A stretch of DNA of 64,000 nt. It comes from an uncultured virus (IMG/VR IMGVR_UViG_2648501449_000003) (Duplodnaviria; Heunggongvirae; Uroviricota; Caudoviricetes). Below are positions 1 through 8,674 of this stretch, in pieces (within the stretch, counting starts at the first letter, position 1; the number at the start of each line of letters is the position of its first letter). The notes under the pieces were generated by a model. The model made no database searches and was not told the origin of the DNA. It worked only from the letters and a program-made list of their open reading frames with translations. The stretch lies in the IMG/VR virus record IMGVR_UViG_2648501449_000003; one strand, given 5' to 3'. The position numbers and the translations under genes are program-made.

Positions 1-636
1 TCAGCCTGCTAATTCTGGGTGGACCGTGCCGCTATCGCGGATATCCCATATTTTTCCGGTGTCAACGCCGTTGAAGTTTATTCGATCGAGAGTGACTTTT
101 TCGTATCCCACATTCAAGACGATGGTGTCCTGATTGCTGTTTCCGTATGCATCCTTGGTCGGAAAGGTTCCTTGTATGAAGACCTTTGTGGCGTTGGGGT
201 ATTCGGAGTGTGCGTACTTGAGCGCTTCGATGGTCTTGTTTTGGGCTCCACGGCGCGTAAGCCCCATAAAGACTGCGTCAGAGATTCTGAAGCTTCCGAA
301 GACGACCTCTCCACTCGATCCCGACTCTGTCCGAAAGGAGACACCTTCGGGCGGTTTTGGCTTCTGAGGTTCTACCGGTCGCGCAGGTTCGACCAGCGCG
401 GGCGCTGATGCTTTCGTTGCCGTGCCAGTGTGGGTGGATGGCTGAGTATCCTTACGGTCTTGTCCCCCGATCAATCCGATCAGGAAGAGGACGGCAACTG
501 CCCCCACGATCCACGGCCACTTGGGCGTTTCCTTCTTATTGGGCGACCGCATCAGCTGGTCCGTCCATCTAGCCCCATCGAAGTATCGCAGCCCCGGAGC
601 GCCTGACGGATCTGGATACCAACCCGGCATTGACAT
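1..636 (-). CDS. DUF2510-domain membrane protein
   Basis: PGWYPDPSGAPGLRYFDGARWT motif followed by a TM helix; start taken at MSMPGW. Confidence 0.75.
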   Translation of the reverse strand: MSMPGWYPDPSGAPGLRYFDGARWTDQLMRSPNKKETPKWPWIVGAVAVLFLIGLIGGQDRKDTQPSTHTGTATKASAPALVEPARPVEPQKPKPPEGVSFRTESGSSGEVVFGSFRISDAVFMGLTRRGAQNKTIEALKYAHSEYPNATKVFIQGTFPTKDAYGNSNQDTIVLNVGYEKVTLDRINFNGVDTGKIWDIRDSGTVHPELAG

Positions 637-670
637 TGCGGCCCCCTTATTCATTGTTGACCTGCAAATC

Positions 671-805
671 CTACGACTTTGATAGGAGTCTGCGTGCCCA
701 TCTGAGAAGTCGAATTTGGTCCCGGCGTTCACGCTCGGGGTCATGCTCACGGCTTAGGTATTCATCGAGGGCGCGCTGCATGTCGGGGTCTCTCAGCGCT
801 CCCAT
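671..805 (-). CDS. small hypothetical protein
   Basis: Short ORF (MGALRDPD...) in a tightly packed leftward run. Confidence 0.4.
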   Translation of the reverse strand: MGALRDPDMQRALDEYLSREHDPERERRDQIRLLRWARRLLSKS

Positions 806-948
806 GGTGCGCCGTTCTGCTGGTACCACTGCTCGCGTCTTTCCTGTGACCACCATGGCGCAGGTGGGCCGAAAGGGTGTGTGAAGCCCCAGCGGAATGC
901 CGGGTTATTGAACGCGAACCACGGATGCAGAAGCCGCAGGAGCCTCAT
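793..948 (-). CDS. small hypothetical protein
   Basis: MRLLRLLHPW...; TGATG coupling with the upstream ORF and a GGAGG RBS. Confidence 0.45.
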   Translation of the reverse strand: MRLLRLLHPWFAFNNPAFRWGFTHPFGPPAPWWSQERREQWYQQNGAPWER

Positions 949-1130
949 CACGACCTCCAGTCCTGAGGAACCGGCCGCCCCTCGGATACGTCCCGAGCGC
1001 ATGCCCGCATGCCGTATTCGATCGCTCCCGAGTAGAACCTCGAGTATCGGCCGGCGAAGGTCCGCAAGATCCAATTGGCCAACCGTATCGCCCCGCGCTC
1101 AACAACGGTAGCGCCGCCAAGTTCGCTCAT
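948..1130 (-). CDS. small hypothetical protein started by 44-bp module copy 1
   Basis: ATG is the last 3 nt of the repeat module. Confidence 0.55.
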   Translation of the reverse strand: MSELGGATVVERGAIRLANWILRTFAGRYSRFYSGAIEYGMRACARDVSEGRPVPQDWRS

Positions 1131-1171
1131 ACCCCAATTGTCCCGCGTTTCAGGCGAAGTCGCGGTGTCTA
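1128..1171 (-). repeat. 44-bp stop/promoter/start module, copy 1
   Basis: TAGACACCGCGACTTCGCCTGAAACGCGGGACAATTGGGGTATG on the minus strand. Confidence 0.9.
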
Positions 1172-1390
1172 CCGCGTCCGGATTCTCAGTAGCCGGTTTA
1201 CGGTCACCGGATCAGACTTTAGGGCGTCTTCACTTTCCAGGATCTGGTTGAGCTTCTGGTAGTACCTCACGGGGGAGAGCCCAAACCGGTCCTGGATGGC
1301 CTTCTCTTTGTCTCCGATCTGGCTCCACCAAATGTTCTCGAATGCAAGCACTTCCGCAGTATTCGGGCCGATCACGGTATCCACATCCAT
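1169..1390 (-). CDS. DUF3263-domain protein
   Basis: LAFENIWW...KEKAIQDRFGLSPVRYYQKLN...DPVTVNRLLR pattern. Confidence 0.8.
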   Translation of the reverse strand: MDVDTVIGPNTAEVLAFENIWWSQIGDKEKAIQDRFGLSPVRYYQKLNQILESEDALKSDPVTVNRLLRIRTR

Positions 1391-1815
1391 TCGTCACCGA
1401 GGACGTGTTCAAGTTCAGCGGTTTCCATCGGGTCGAGCGTGGACATTCGCGTTCGCAGCGTTGGGCCATCCACCCACAGTCCTTCGGCCAGCTCGTCGCA
1501 ATCTTGCGTCCATCGCAAGCCGTCCACCAAATCGCCGAAGGTGATGAGTCGTCGCGCAGCGAGCTCGTCAACGATGCGTTCTTCGCGTGCGGCTGCCCTT
1601 GGGTCGGTGGGCAGCGGTCCGCGTTCCCAGTGGATCAGTTCGTGGGTCAGGGTGCATCGCCGATGGACCTGCTGCAATCGTTTGCACAGCCAAATCTTTT
1701 GGCGCGTGAAGCTGGTCAGCCCCCACACTTGTTCGGGTAGTTCCCGGCGACAATTGATGACCACATGGGGGTAGTGATCAGCGGCGTAGCGCCAGGGATG
1801 CCAACGTTGGCTCAT
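1372..1815 (-). CDS. ImmA/IrrE-family Zn metallopeptidase (putative anti-repressor)
   Basis: RRCTLTHELIH (HExxH) and EE...A motif; lies near the XRE repressor. Confidence 0.85.
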   Translation of the reverse strand: MSQRWHPWRYAADHYPHVVINCRRELPEQVWGLTSFTRQKIWLCKRLQQVHRRCTLTHELIHWERGPLPTDPRAAAREERIVDELAARRLITFGDLVDGLRWTQDCDELAEGLWVDGPTLRTRMSTLDPMETAELEHVLGDEWMWIP

Positions 1816-1822
1816 GGTGGTG

Positions 1823-1845
1823 AAGCTAGCGTCACCCACTGACAA
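1823..1845 (-). promoter_or_regulatory. RecA-NDp/PafBC-type DNA-damage promoter, leaderless, for the ImmA-like gene
   Basis: TTGTCAG-TGGGTGACGC-TAGCTT, then 7 nt to ATG; fits TGTCRG-N10-TANNNT. Confidence 0.75.
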
Positions 1846-1944
1846 AAATGGCTCTGACCAGGAACTACATGGATGTAACTTCTCCACGGCAAGGGCCTGC
1901 CAAATCACATCAGAGAAACCTCAGATGTGCGTTATCGTTGAGTC

Positions 1945-2214
1945 ATGACCGCCGCGATCAGCTACGAAAGCGTCTCGTCCATCGTGGAGACGGACGCTCA
2001 TGCCGAGTTGCGCGTGTCTGGCAAGCCGAACGCGAAGTATGTGCAGGTCACCGAGTCGGATGGGACTATCCGGCTTATCCCGCTATCCCTGCTGCATGAG
2101 TCGGAGCGGGCGATCCTGGAAAACCCCGGTCTGTACAACCAGCTCCGAAGGGGTTTGACGGAGTTCGCCGAGGGGCAGAGCGTGTCTAGTGACTGGTTGT
2201 TCGCTGACGAGTGA
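1945..2214 (+). CDS. putative antitoxin (AbrB/MazE-like N-terminus)
   Basis: DGTIRLIP beta motif and ENPGLYNQLRRGLTEFAEG C-terminal pattern. Confidence 0.5.
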   Translation: MTAAISYESVSSIVETDAHAELRVSGKPNAKYVQVTESDGTIRLIPLSLLHESERAILENPGLYNQLRRGLTEFAEGQSVSSDWLFADE

Positions 2215-2333
2215 GCGCCGAGGAAGTTCGGTTTAGTCCATCCGTTGACCGATGGTTACGGGTCTTTTTACCAAGGTTAGGGTCTATAGACCCTAACCTT
2301 GCTCCCTTTTGGATCGGCCCTGACTACCGTTGA
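2211..2333 (+). pseudogene. possible truncated RelE/ParE-like toxin
   Basis: GTGA-coupled ORF VSAEEVRFSPSVDRWLR... that degenerates at the palindrome. Confidence 0.3.
2272..2301. repeat. perfect 30-bp palindrome
   Basis: CAAGGTTAGGGTCTA|TAGACCCTAACCTTG. Confidence 0.9.
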
Positions 2334-2853
2334 ACACTGCCGCCAAACCGATCACGTCAAACACCGCAATACCGCCCCCGATCCACTCGTGGCCGAGGTA
2401 AGCGAACCATGCGGACACGGCAAACCCAGCGAGAACGGCTGCTAGCCCAAATCGTTGGCCTTGACTGCGCCCCTTATCGGGTATGCGGTAAGGGGCTTCG
2501 CGCATATAGATATCCGAGTCGACCGTCTTGCGTAATGACGAAACATATGTGTCGTACAGCTCTGGGGTGTTGTGCTTCATCCGCTCCATTTCCGCTGGAT
2601 CCGGTGTCAGCAGAGGCAGATGCAGGTGATTCTCGGTGAGATACGCGGTGAGCTGTGTTAGCGAGAGACTTGGCGAAGGTTCCGATTCGCCCGCAGCAGG
2701 CTCGCGTTGAGGTTGTACGGCTCCGGGGCTGGCATCATCTCCCTCAGTGCTTCGTACGTCGCCTCGCCCTTGATGTCGAACAGGCTTCCCAGGCCGATCA
2801 GGAACGCACGCGTCCGCGTCCCCGTGTTCGTCTCCCGAGTGCTCATGGCTCAA
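2293..2853 (-). CDS. DUF2335-like membrane protein (start uncertain)
   Basis: PLLTPDPAEMER...GQRFG plus two C-terminal TM helices. Confidence 0.55.
   Translation of the reverse strand: MSHEHSGDEHGDADACVPDRPGKPVRHQGRGDVRSTEGDDASPGAVQPQREPAAGESEPSPSLSLTQLTAYLTENHLHLPLLTPDPAEMERMKHNTPELYDTYVSSLRKTVDSDIYMREAPYRIPDKGRSQGQRFGLAAVLAGFAVSAWFAYLGHEWIGGGIAVFDVIGLAAVFNGSQGRSKREQG
2658..2846 (-). CDS. small hypothetical protein overlapping the DUF2335-like ORF
   Basis: ATG ORF containing FLIGLGSLFDI. Confidence 0.4.
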   Translation of the reverse strand: MSTRETNTGTRTRAFLIGLGSLFDIKGEATYEALREMMPAPEPYNLNASLLRANRNLRQVSR

Positions 2854-2930
2854 CGATAGCTCCTTGTCATGCGGTATGTGAATGTGTTGTGCATGACGCT
2901 ATCGGTCGGCATGCGGTTCAAGTGGGTAGA

Positions 2931-3725
2931 TCACGAGTCCATGGGTCGCTGCGGCTTATCCTCGTCCGTCACCCTGCGTGCGGCTAGGCCGTAGTCGCCT
3001 GGGTTGAAGTCGACCTCCAAGTCGGATCTGTTGGGGTACATCACCTCCTCGTTTTCGTTGCCTTCCGGCGATGCTGACGGTTGCGGGGACGGGGTGGGGT
3101 CGGATGATGCGGCATGGAGGCCCTCCTTTTGTCGTTGGTCCCAGTAGCTCGTGTTATTGAATCCGTTGAGTTCTAGTTCTTGCTTGTCAAGAAACAGCCG
3201 TTGTAAAGCCGGTCGGGCAGCTGGCCCTACGCCTGCGGTCAGGAGTTGATCTGCCCAAAGGTTGGCCAGGGCGACGGCGACGCGGGCATTCTGCGCCATC
3301 GCGGCTCCAGGATCTGGGGACTCGTCGGCAACCTGACGCATTGCTGCAAGGGCTGCTTCCCATGCGGTTAAGTACCGCGGTGCGGTTTCCATCGCATGGA
3401 GATCGTCGACGGTTACGCCAGCGTGTTCTGGTCTTGGTGGGGCCGGTTCCGAAGGGGCCGGGTCGACATCAAGGGGCTCAGGCTCGGCTCCCTCGAAAAT
3501 CTTCCTGACCGAGTGCTTGGCCCAGCCGAGACTCTTCTCTAGGCGTCTATACGAAAGCTCGCTGACCTCCTGGCCATTCTCAATGGCACTCATTGTGGTG
3601 CTCGAAGGGCCGTTCGGCATGTTGTCTTGCCGGTACCCCAGCCACTTGCGCCGACTCTCAACGATCTGTCCAAGTCGAAGTCGGGCTTGTTGCGGGGATT
3701 CGAGCCGCTCCTGACGTTCGGTCAT
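2931..3725 (-). CDS. immunity repressor, XRE HTH
   Basis: RRKWLGYRQ...PSSTTMSAIENG HTH; divergent from cro. Confidence 0.8.
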   Translation of the reverse strand: MTERQERLESPQQARLRLGQIVESRRKWLGYRQDNMPNGPSSTTMSAIENGQEVSELSYRRLEKSLGWAKHSVRKIFEGAEPEPLDVDPAPSEPAPPRPEHAGVTVDDLHAMETAPRYLTAWEAALAAMRQVADESPDPGAAMAQNARVAVALANLWADQLLTAGVGPAARPALQRLFLDKQELELNGFNNTSYWDQRQKEGLHAASSDPTPSPQPSASPEGNENEEVMYPNRSDLEVDFNPGDYGLAARRVTDEDKPQRPMDS

Positions 3726-3727
3726 AC

Positions 3728-3909
3728 GGCAAGACTGCCAAAAATTTTTGGCAAACCATAGTCCCATTCGGCTAACGACATGGGTGTGAGCAGCCGGAGC
3801 GCCGAATCTCACCAGTAGCATTCTGCACGCCAGGGCAAAATTGCCACAGAATTGCTTGCGCTTGCGACGGTTAGCCGTTACAGTCGTCCGCATGGGAAGC
3901 AAAATTGCC
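3728..3909. promoter_or_regulatory. divergent immunity control region with operator-like repeats and the cro promoter
   Basis: GGCA-N4-TGCC at 3728-3739 and 3834-3845, AGCAAAATTGCC at 3898-3909; palindrome TGCCAAAAATTTTTGGCA 3736-3753; TTGCGC-17-TACAGT (3856-3884) 7 nt before cro ATG. Confidence 0.65.
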
Positions 3910-4218
3910 GCAAAACGGCGATATGACCGTCAGCGGGAGCGTAGAACCCCGCCTCATGTCAGCCTCCAGACCTTCCGCTTGGCGTTGAAGCGAATCGACC
4001 CTGATGGGCACTGGGACCTAGACGACGTATGCGAACGCATCGAAGCGATCCACGGCGACCGTCCAGCGCGCGGCACGTTGAGTGCTATCGAGAACGGGGC
4101 GCGGGGAGCGTCGGCGCAACTGCTGGCCGCCCTCGAAGAGGCGTACAACCTTCCGGCTGGCTCGATCACCACGGATTACGCTCCGCGCGCAACCCCTGCG
4201 ACATCCGAGGTGGCCTGA
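3892..4218 (+). CDS. Cro-like HTH regulator
   Basis: RGTLSAIENGARGAS HTH; first gene of the rightward operon. Confidence 0.75.
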   Translation: MGSKIAAKRRYDRQRERRTPPHVSLQTFRLALKRIDPDGHWDLDDVCERIEAIHGDRPARGTLSAIENGARGASAQLLAALEEAYNLPAGSITTDYAPRATPATSEVA

Positions 4219-5177
4219 TGGCCGTCGATATGTCGAACGTCGTATCAATCACGCGATCGGACACTCCGCACTACTGCGAGCTTCCGATATCAGAGATCGT
4301 CGTGCAAGGGCGCCATCGCGCAGACCTCGGTGACATCAAAGCACTTGCCGAGAGTATTGAATCGATTGGGCTGATCCATGCCCCAGCAGTTACGCCCGAT
4401 CATCACCTGCTAGCAGGGGAACGGCGACTAGCCGCCCTTCGGATGCTCGGCAGGACTGTCGTCCCCGTTGTGGTCATTCACAAGTTAACTGATGCGACCG
4501 ATCGACTTCGGGCTGAGCGCGACGAGAACACCTGCCGCAAGGATTTCACGGCATCCGAGTTGGTCTCGATCGGTTGCCAGATCGAAGAGTTGGAGCGGCC
4601 TCGTCAGGACCAAGCTCGAATTGAGGGTAATCGGAGAGGCTCCCAGGTTACGAACCTCGGTCAAAGTTCTATAGAACCTCGACCGGATAAGTCGAGCACC
4701 AACAAGGTAGTCGGAGAAGCGCTTGGGGTATCCGAGTCCACGTACAAGCGTGCCAAGACGGTCGTAAAGGCGACCGAGGATGCCGACCCCGTCGTGGCAG
4801 AGATCGCTCGCGATCAGCTCGCCAAGCTTGATGCGGGGGAGGTCTCGTACACCGCTGCAGATCAAGCGGTACGTGATGTCCGTAACCGTAAGAAGGAACC
4901 GATCGACTTCACCGACCCTGGGGTTGACGCGGAAGCGTCCGAACCTGAGGTGATTCCAGGACTACCAACCAAGGTTAAGGGGCCACGGCCGAACCACCTA
5001 AAGATGCTCACTCGAATCGTCGTCGGCCTGTCGGGAACGGTGATGGCCCTCGACGGAATCGAGGAGGTGAACGACACCGTAAACGCAGAAGAGGCCAGAC
5101 GACTCATGTCTGACCTCTCCCCATCAATTCGGTCCCTAAACCGAATCAACAAGCTACTCAAGGAGCGTATCAGATGA
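4218..5177 (+). CDS. ParB/Srx N-terminal domain + HTH protein
   Basis: LAESIESIGLIHAP...LLAGERRLAA...ENTCRKDF. Confidence 0.85.
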   Translation: MAVDMSNVVSITRSDTPHYCELPISEIVVQGRHRADLGDIKALAESIESIGLIHAPAVTPDHHLLAGERRLAALRMLGRTVVPVVVIHKLTDATDRLRAERDENTCRKDFTASELVSIGCQIEELERPRQDQARIEGNRRGSQVTNLGQSSIEPRPDKSSTNKVVGEALGVSESTYKRAKTVVKATEDADPVVAEIARDQLAKLDAGEVSYTAADQAVRDVRNRKKEPIDFTDPGVDAEASEPEVIPGLPTKVKGPRPNHLKMLTRIVVGLSGTVMALDGIEEVNDTVNAEEARRLMSDLSPSIRSLNRINKLLKERIR

Positions 5178-5965
5178 GCGAACCGATCTTTGTCCGAATC
5201 CATATCAGCCTGCTCCATGTCGACCCGATCGTGCAGCGCGCGCTGGACCCACATAGGGCAGCTGTGATGGCCGAGAAGTTCAATCCCAGTGCGGTTGGCG
5301 CGCTTATCGTCAACCAGCGCGATGATGGCAAGTACTTCATCATCGACGGTCAGCACCGGCATGCAGCGGCGGTGATCGCGAAGTATGACGGCAAGTTGAA
5401 CTGTATTGTGCACCCAGGACTTCCGATTGCCGAAGAAGCGGCCCTTTTCCTGGCGCTGAACGATTCCAAACTCGTTCAAGCTATAGATAAGTTCCGCATG
5501 CGCGTACTAGCTAACGAGCCGGACGCGGTGGCTATCAATGAAATAATCGAGAAGTACGGCTGGCGGACTGCAACTTCCATCGCAAACGGAAGTTTCGCCG
5601 CTGTAGCCGCGATCGAGAAGGTCTACAACGGAGCGGGAGTTCTCAGCGCTGGCAAGTACCCCGTGCTCGTTAAGTATGTGATGTGGACCATCAACAACGC
5701 CTGGGGTCGCGACGCAGCTGGCGCGCACGCTGCCATCGTTGGTGGGATCGGTCAGTTGTTCGCTCGATACGGACAGAGGGTGGATGGCAAGAAGTTAGCC
5801 GCTGAAATGGCGAAGCTCCGTCCAGTTGATCTGGTGGCTAAAGCTAAGCAGCTCAAAGACGCTCAGGGAGGGACGATCCCGCCAGCGATGGCAGCGGTAC
5901 TTGTTGGCATCCATAACAAGGGTCGTCGCACGAATCGCCTCCCCGATTGGCGGTGGACCCGATGA
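5174..5965 (+). CDS. ParB-like DGQHR-motif protein
   Basis: VQR...YFIIDGQHR...EEAALFLALN. Confidence 0.7.
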   Translation: MSEPIFVRIHISLLHVDPIVQRALDPHRAAVMAEKFNPSAVGALIVNQRDDGKYFIIDGQHRHAAAVIAKYDGKLNCIVHPGLPIAEEAALFLALNDSKLVQAIDKFRMRVLANEPDAVAINEIIEKYGWRTATSIANGSFAAVAAIEKVYNGAGVLSAGKYPVLVKYVMWTINNAWGRDAAGAHAAIVGGIGQLFARYGQRVDGKKLAAEMAKLRPVDLVAKAKQLKDAQGGTIPPAMAAVLVGIHNKGRRTNRLPDWRWTR

Positions 5966-6357
5966 CCTATGAACTGATCACCCTCGCGCGACGGAAGTAC
6001 CTGGCGGCGAATCCACCTCGAATATCGGACGTTCAGGGGTATACACGTTCGGGTGAGCCAGCTGGAACGATGAAGATCCCCAACATTGGGGACATTCAGA
6101 TCATCGGATGCAAGCTAGGCATGGAATACCTGGCCATCTGCGATGACGAAGAGGCTGTGGAGGAATGGATCCACACAGCGCTTGGAATCGTGAAAGACCC
6201 CGAGCTGGCGAGCATTTTGTTCGCCAATGTATTCCGGGGCGTCAACCTGGTCATCGCGGGAATTATTGAGCAGACTCCGGGCCTTCGGGAGCAGATGCAC
6301 CGCCTCGCACTGCAGGCGTGGGATAAGGACTTTGCAGAGTTCGGCGGTGGGGCATGA
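5962..6357 (+). CDS. hypothetical protein
   Basis: ATGA-coupled ORF in the early operon. Confidence 0.6.
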   Translation: MTYELITLARRKYLAANPPRISDVQGYTRSGEPAGTMKIPNIGDIQIIGCKLGMEYLAICDDEEAVEEWIHTALGIVKDPELASILFANVFRGVNLVIAGIIEQTPGLREQMHRLALQAWDKDFAEFGGGA

Positions 6358-6449
6358 GCATCTCTGAATCCCGAGTACGGGAGATAGTGCAGGAAGAACT
6401 GCATCGTCCTGCCCGCCACCTGGTTATCAAGGTCAAGAAGGGGCCAATA

Positions 6450-6698
6450 TCACCGGTCGACGATGTCTGGGACAGGGAAGGACGGACCGGACAGGAGGGC
6501 GGGGATACCGGGCCCGATCAGGAACCGGTGCATCTCATTGCCGCGACCATCCGCGATCAGGTAGTTGATGTCACACAAGACGGTGTCCCCACCGGAGGCG
6601 AGCTCGATCGCCTTGGCTACCCGTTGGGCGTGCTCAAGGGTAAGTGGAATCTTCTCTCCCGCGTAGCGAAGCGTGTACGCGAACTCTTCATCACTCAT
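6450..6698 (-). CDS. hypothetical protein (antisense to the early operon)
   Basis: 82-aa ORF with globular composition; overlaps + ORF 6354..6731. Confidence 0.4.
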   Translation of the reverse strand: MSDEEFAYTLRYAGEKIPLTLEHAQRVAKAIELASGGDTVLCDINYLIADGRGNEMHRFLIGPGIPALLSGPSFPVPDIVDR

Positions 6699-6727
6699 CC
6701 CAAGACGGTAGATGGAAAGGAGTGGTC

Positions 6728-6913
6728 ATGAGCAAGCTTTCCTATAACCGCAAAGAAGCCTCCGAGTACCTCGGTATCAGCCTCTACAAGCTGGACGAAC
6801 ACAAGCGCCTGGGCCATATCTGCCCGCGGTACGACGGCTCGGTTCCGCTGTACCCCAAGGAAGAACTCGACTCATTCTTCGCGTCCCTGCCGTCAGAACC
6901 TAAGTCGGCGTAG
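6728..6913 (+). CDS. excisionase-like HTH protein
   Basis: YNRKEASEYLGIS...LYPKEELD; AAGGAG RBS. Confidence 0.75.
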   Translation: MSKLSYNRKEASEYLGISLYKLDEHKRLGHICPRYDGSVPLYPKEELDSFFASLPSEPKSA

Positions 6914-7011
6914 ATCGTTCACAACTGAATAAGCCCCCGGAACGCAGGGGTGGGCAATCTTGGCGGACGACCACCCCTGCGCCACTGCAACCAACACCTT
7001 GGAGGTGTGGC

Positions 7012-7320
7012 GTGTTCAAGCATAGATCCATCGCGGCTGTAGCCGTAGTACTCCTGTCTGTTTCATGTGCTCCACCAGCTGCCGCAGACCCAGCAGGGGA
7101 CTACGCAACCCGGAACGCCGGCAGGGTATGTAAAACCCTGGACGCTCACCCAACCTTTGATGGGGTTACCGGAACTATCGCGGCGATCATCGAAGACGGG
7201 AACTTCACCGTCATGCAAGCCGCGAAGATCATCGTCTACTCCGTTGAAACACAGTGTGATCGACACCTTCCTTTACTGCGTAGGTATGCAAACCAAGGTG
7301 ATGGAGGGCGAGAAGCATGA
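7012..7320 (+). CDS. secreted DUF732-like protein
   Basis: Signal peptide, VC...C pair. Confidence 0.55.
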   Translation: MFKHRSIAAVAVVLLSVSCAPPAAADPAGDYATRNAGRVCKTLDAHPTFDGVTGTIAAIIEDGNFTVMQAAKIIVYSVETQCDRHLPLLRRYANQGDGGREA

Positions 7321-7778
7321 GTGAGAACTGGAGCGCGGTAGACCAATACACGCTAATTCGTGCATGGGTGCCCGGCGACGGACTACGTTGTACTCAATCT
7401 AAATCAAACACCTCACGACCATGTGGCGAGCCAGTAGCTGTCACTAAGACGGTAACCCAGTGCTATGGACGGGTAGGAAAGCCTGATCCAGTCATGGTCG
7501 CCTATCGAGGTGGCGAACAATCTCGCGGTGACATAACGATCACCCGCGTTCTATGCCTTCGACATGTGGCCAAACTCTTCGATAGCGAGCTAGGGGCGGC
7601 GGGGGATAGTAGCGTTGAGAAGAAGGCGCTAGAAGAACTCGCGCAGCGCTACTGGGACCAGTATCAAGAGATACAACAGCGTCTCGCTGACGAACTAGTC
7701 GAGGCAAGATTCTCCGTACTGCCAAGTGGACTGCGCGGCAAGGTTATAGCCCTTGTGCAGGCGGGTGAGTCAGCATGA
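7317..7778 (+). CDS. hypothetical protein
   Basis: Coupled ORF. Confidence 0.6.
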   Translation: MSENWSAVDQYTLIRAWVPGDGLRCTQSKSNTSRPCGEPVAVTKTVTQCYGRVGKPDPVMVAYRGGEQSRGDITITRVLCLRHVAKLFDSELGAAGDSSVEKKALEELAQRYWDQYQEIQQRLADELVEARFSVLPSGLRGKVIALVQAGESA

Positions 7779-8032
7779 CCGACCAGAAGTTTCGGGATTG
7801 GTTCCGCCGTGAGTTTGAGGCGGAACGGGATCTATTGAAGATCACACTCATGTTGGCGCCCTTCCGGGCCCAACTCCCTCACCCAGAGTCAGAGCTGTGG
7901 CGGCTGGAGCCGTGTGATTTCGAGATCTACCGCGAGATCCAAGCGAAGACGAAGATCAACCCCCGCGCAATCACTTGGCCTGGTTTGGCTTTCGTATGGG
8001 ACACACCAGAAGACGAAGAGGCCGCAGCATGA
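7775..8032 (+). CDS. hypothetical protein
   Basis: Coupled ORF. Confidence 0.6.
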   Translation: MTDQKFRDWFRREFEAERDLLKITLMLAPFRAQLPHPESELWRLEPCDFEIYREIQAKTKINPRAITWPGLAFVWDTPEDEEAAA

Positions 8033-8353
8033 ACTCTCCAATCGCAGTGATTGTTGTGGCACTACTTGCCGGTGTCGCGTTACCTAGTCTGGTCTTGGCG
8101 GGGTACGCGTTCCGGGAGTGCTGGAAAACTGATCACGTACCCGACTATCAGTCCCCGCTAGTACATGGTTGGGAGGACTGATGCGGCACCTATTGACCCT
8201 ACCGATATGCCACGCGCATCAGGCGCTTCATCCGTGCCGTCCGTGTGCGAAAGAGGAAGCACGCAACCAGGTTAGAAACTGGACCGCTATCGGGTGGCTA
8301 CTCATATTCTCGGTGTTCTTCATGGTTGTTCTGTGGTACTCGGCAGGTGGGCG

Positions 8354-8674
8354 ATGAGCAGGTGGGACGACGACTTCATCCAAATGGCCAAAGCGGCACG
8401 AGAGGCGAAGGGCTGGGATCAGTCCCGGCTCTCAGATGAGCTATCGGAGAGTGGAGTGGACCTCAGTCAGTCGGCCCTGTCGCGACTAGAGGGCGGGCAT
8501 AGGCGCCTGGGATTTGGTGAAGCGGTTGCCATTTCAATGGTTCTAGGACTGGACCTCGACGAGTTCCTTGGTAACCCCTCGCATTGGCACGTCAATGTGA
8601 GAGATATCTGGGCGGTTGCCAAAGTTGAAGAAGCGCAGAAGATTCTCCATGAACTCCTGGGGGCTATCCGATGA
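8354..8674 (+). CDS. XRE-family HTH protein
   Basis: AREAKGWDQSRLS...SQSALSRLEGGHRRL. Confidence 0.8.
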   Translation: MSRWDDDFIQMAKAAREAKGWDQSRLSDELSESGVDLSQSALSRLEGGHRRLGFGEAVAISMVLGLDLDEFLGNPSHWHVNVRDIWAVAKVEEAQKILHELLGAIR

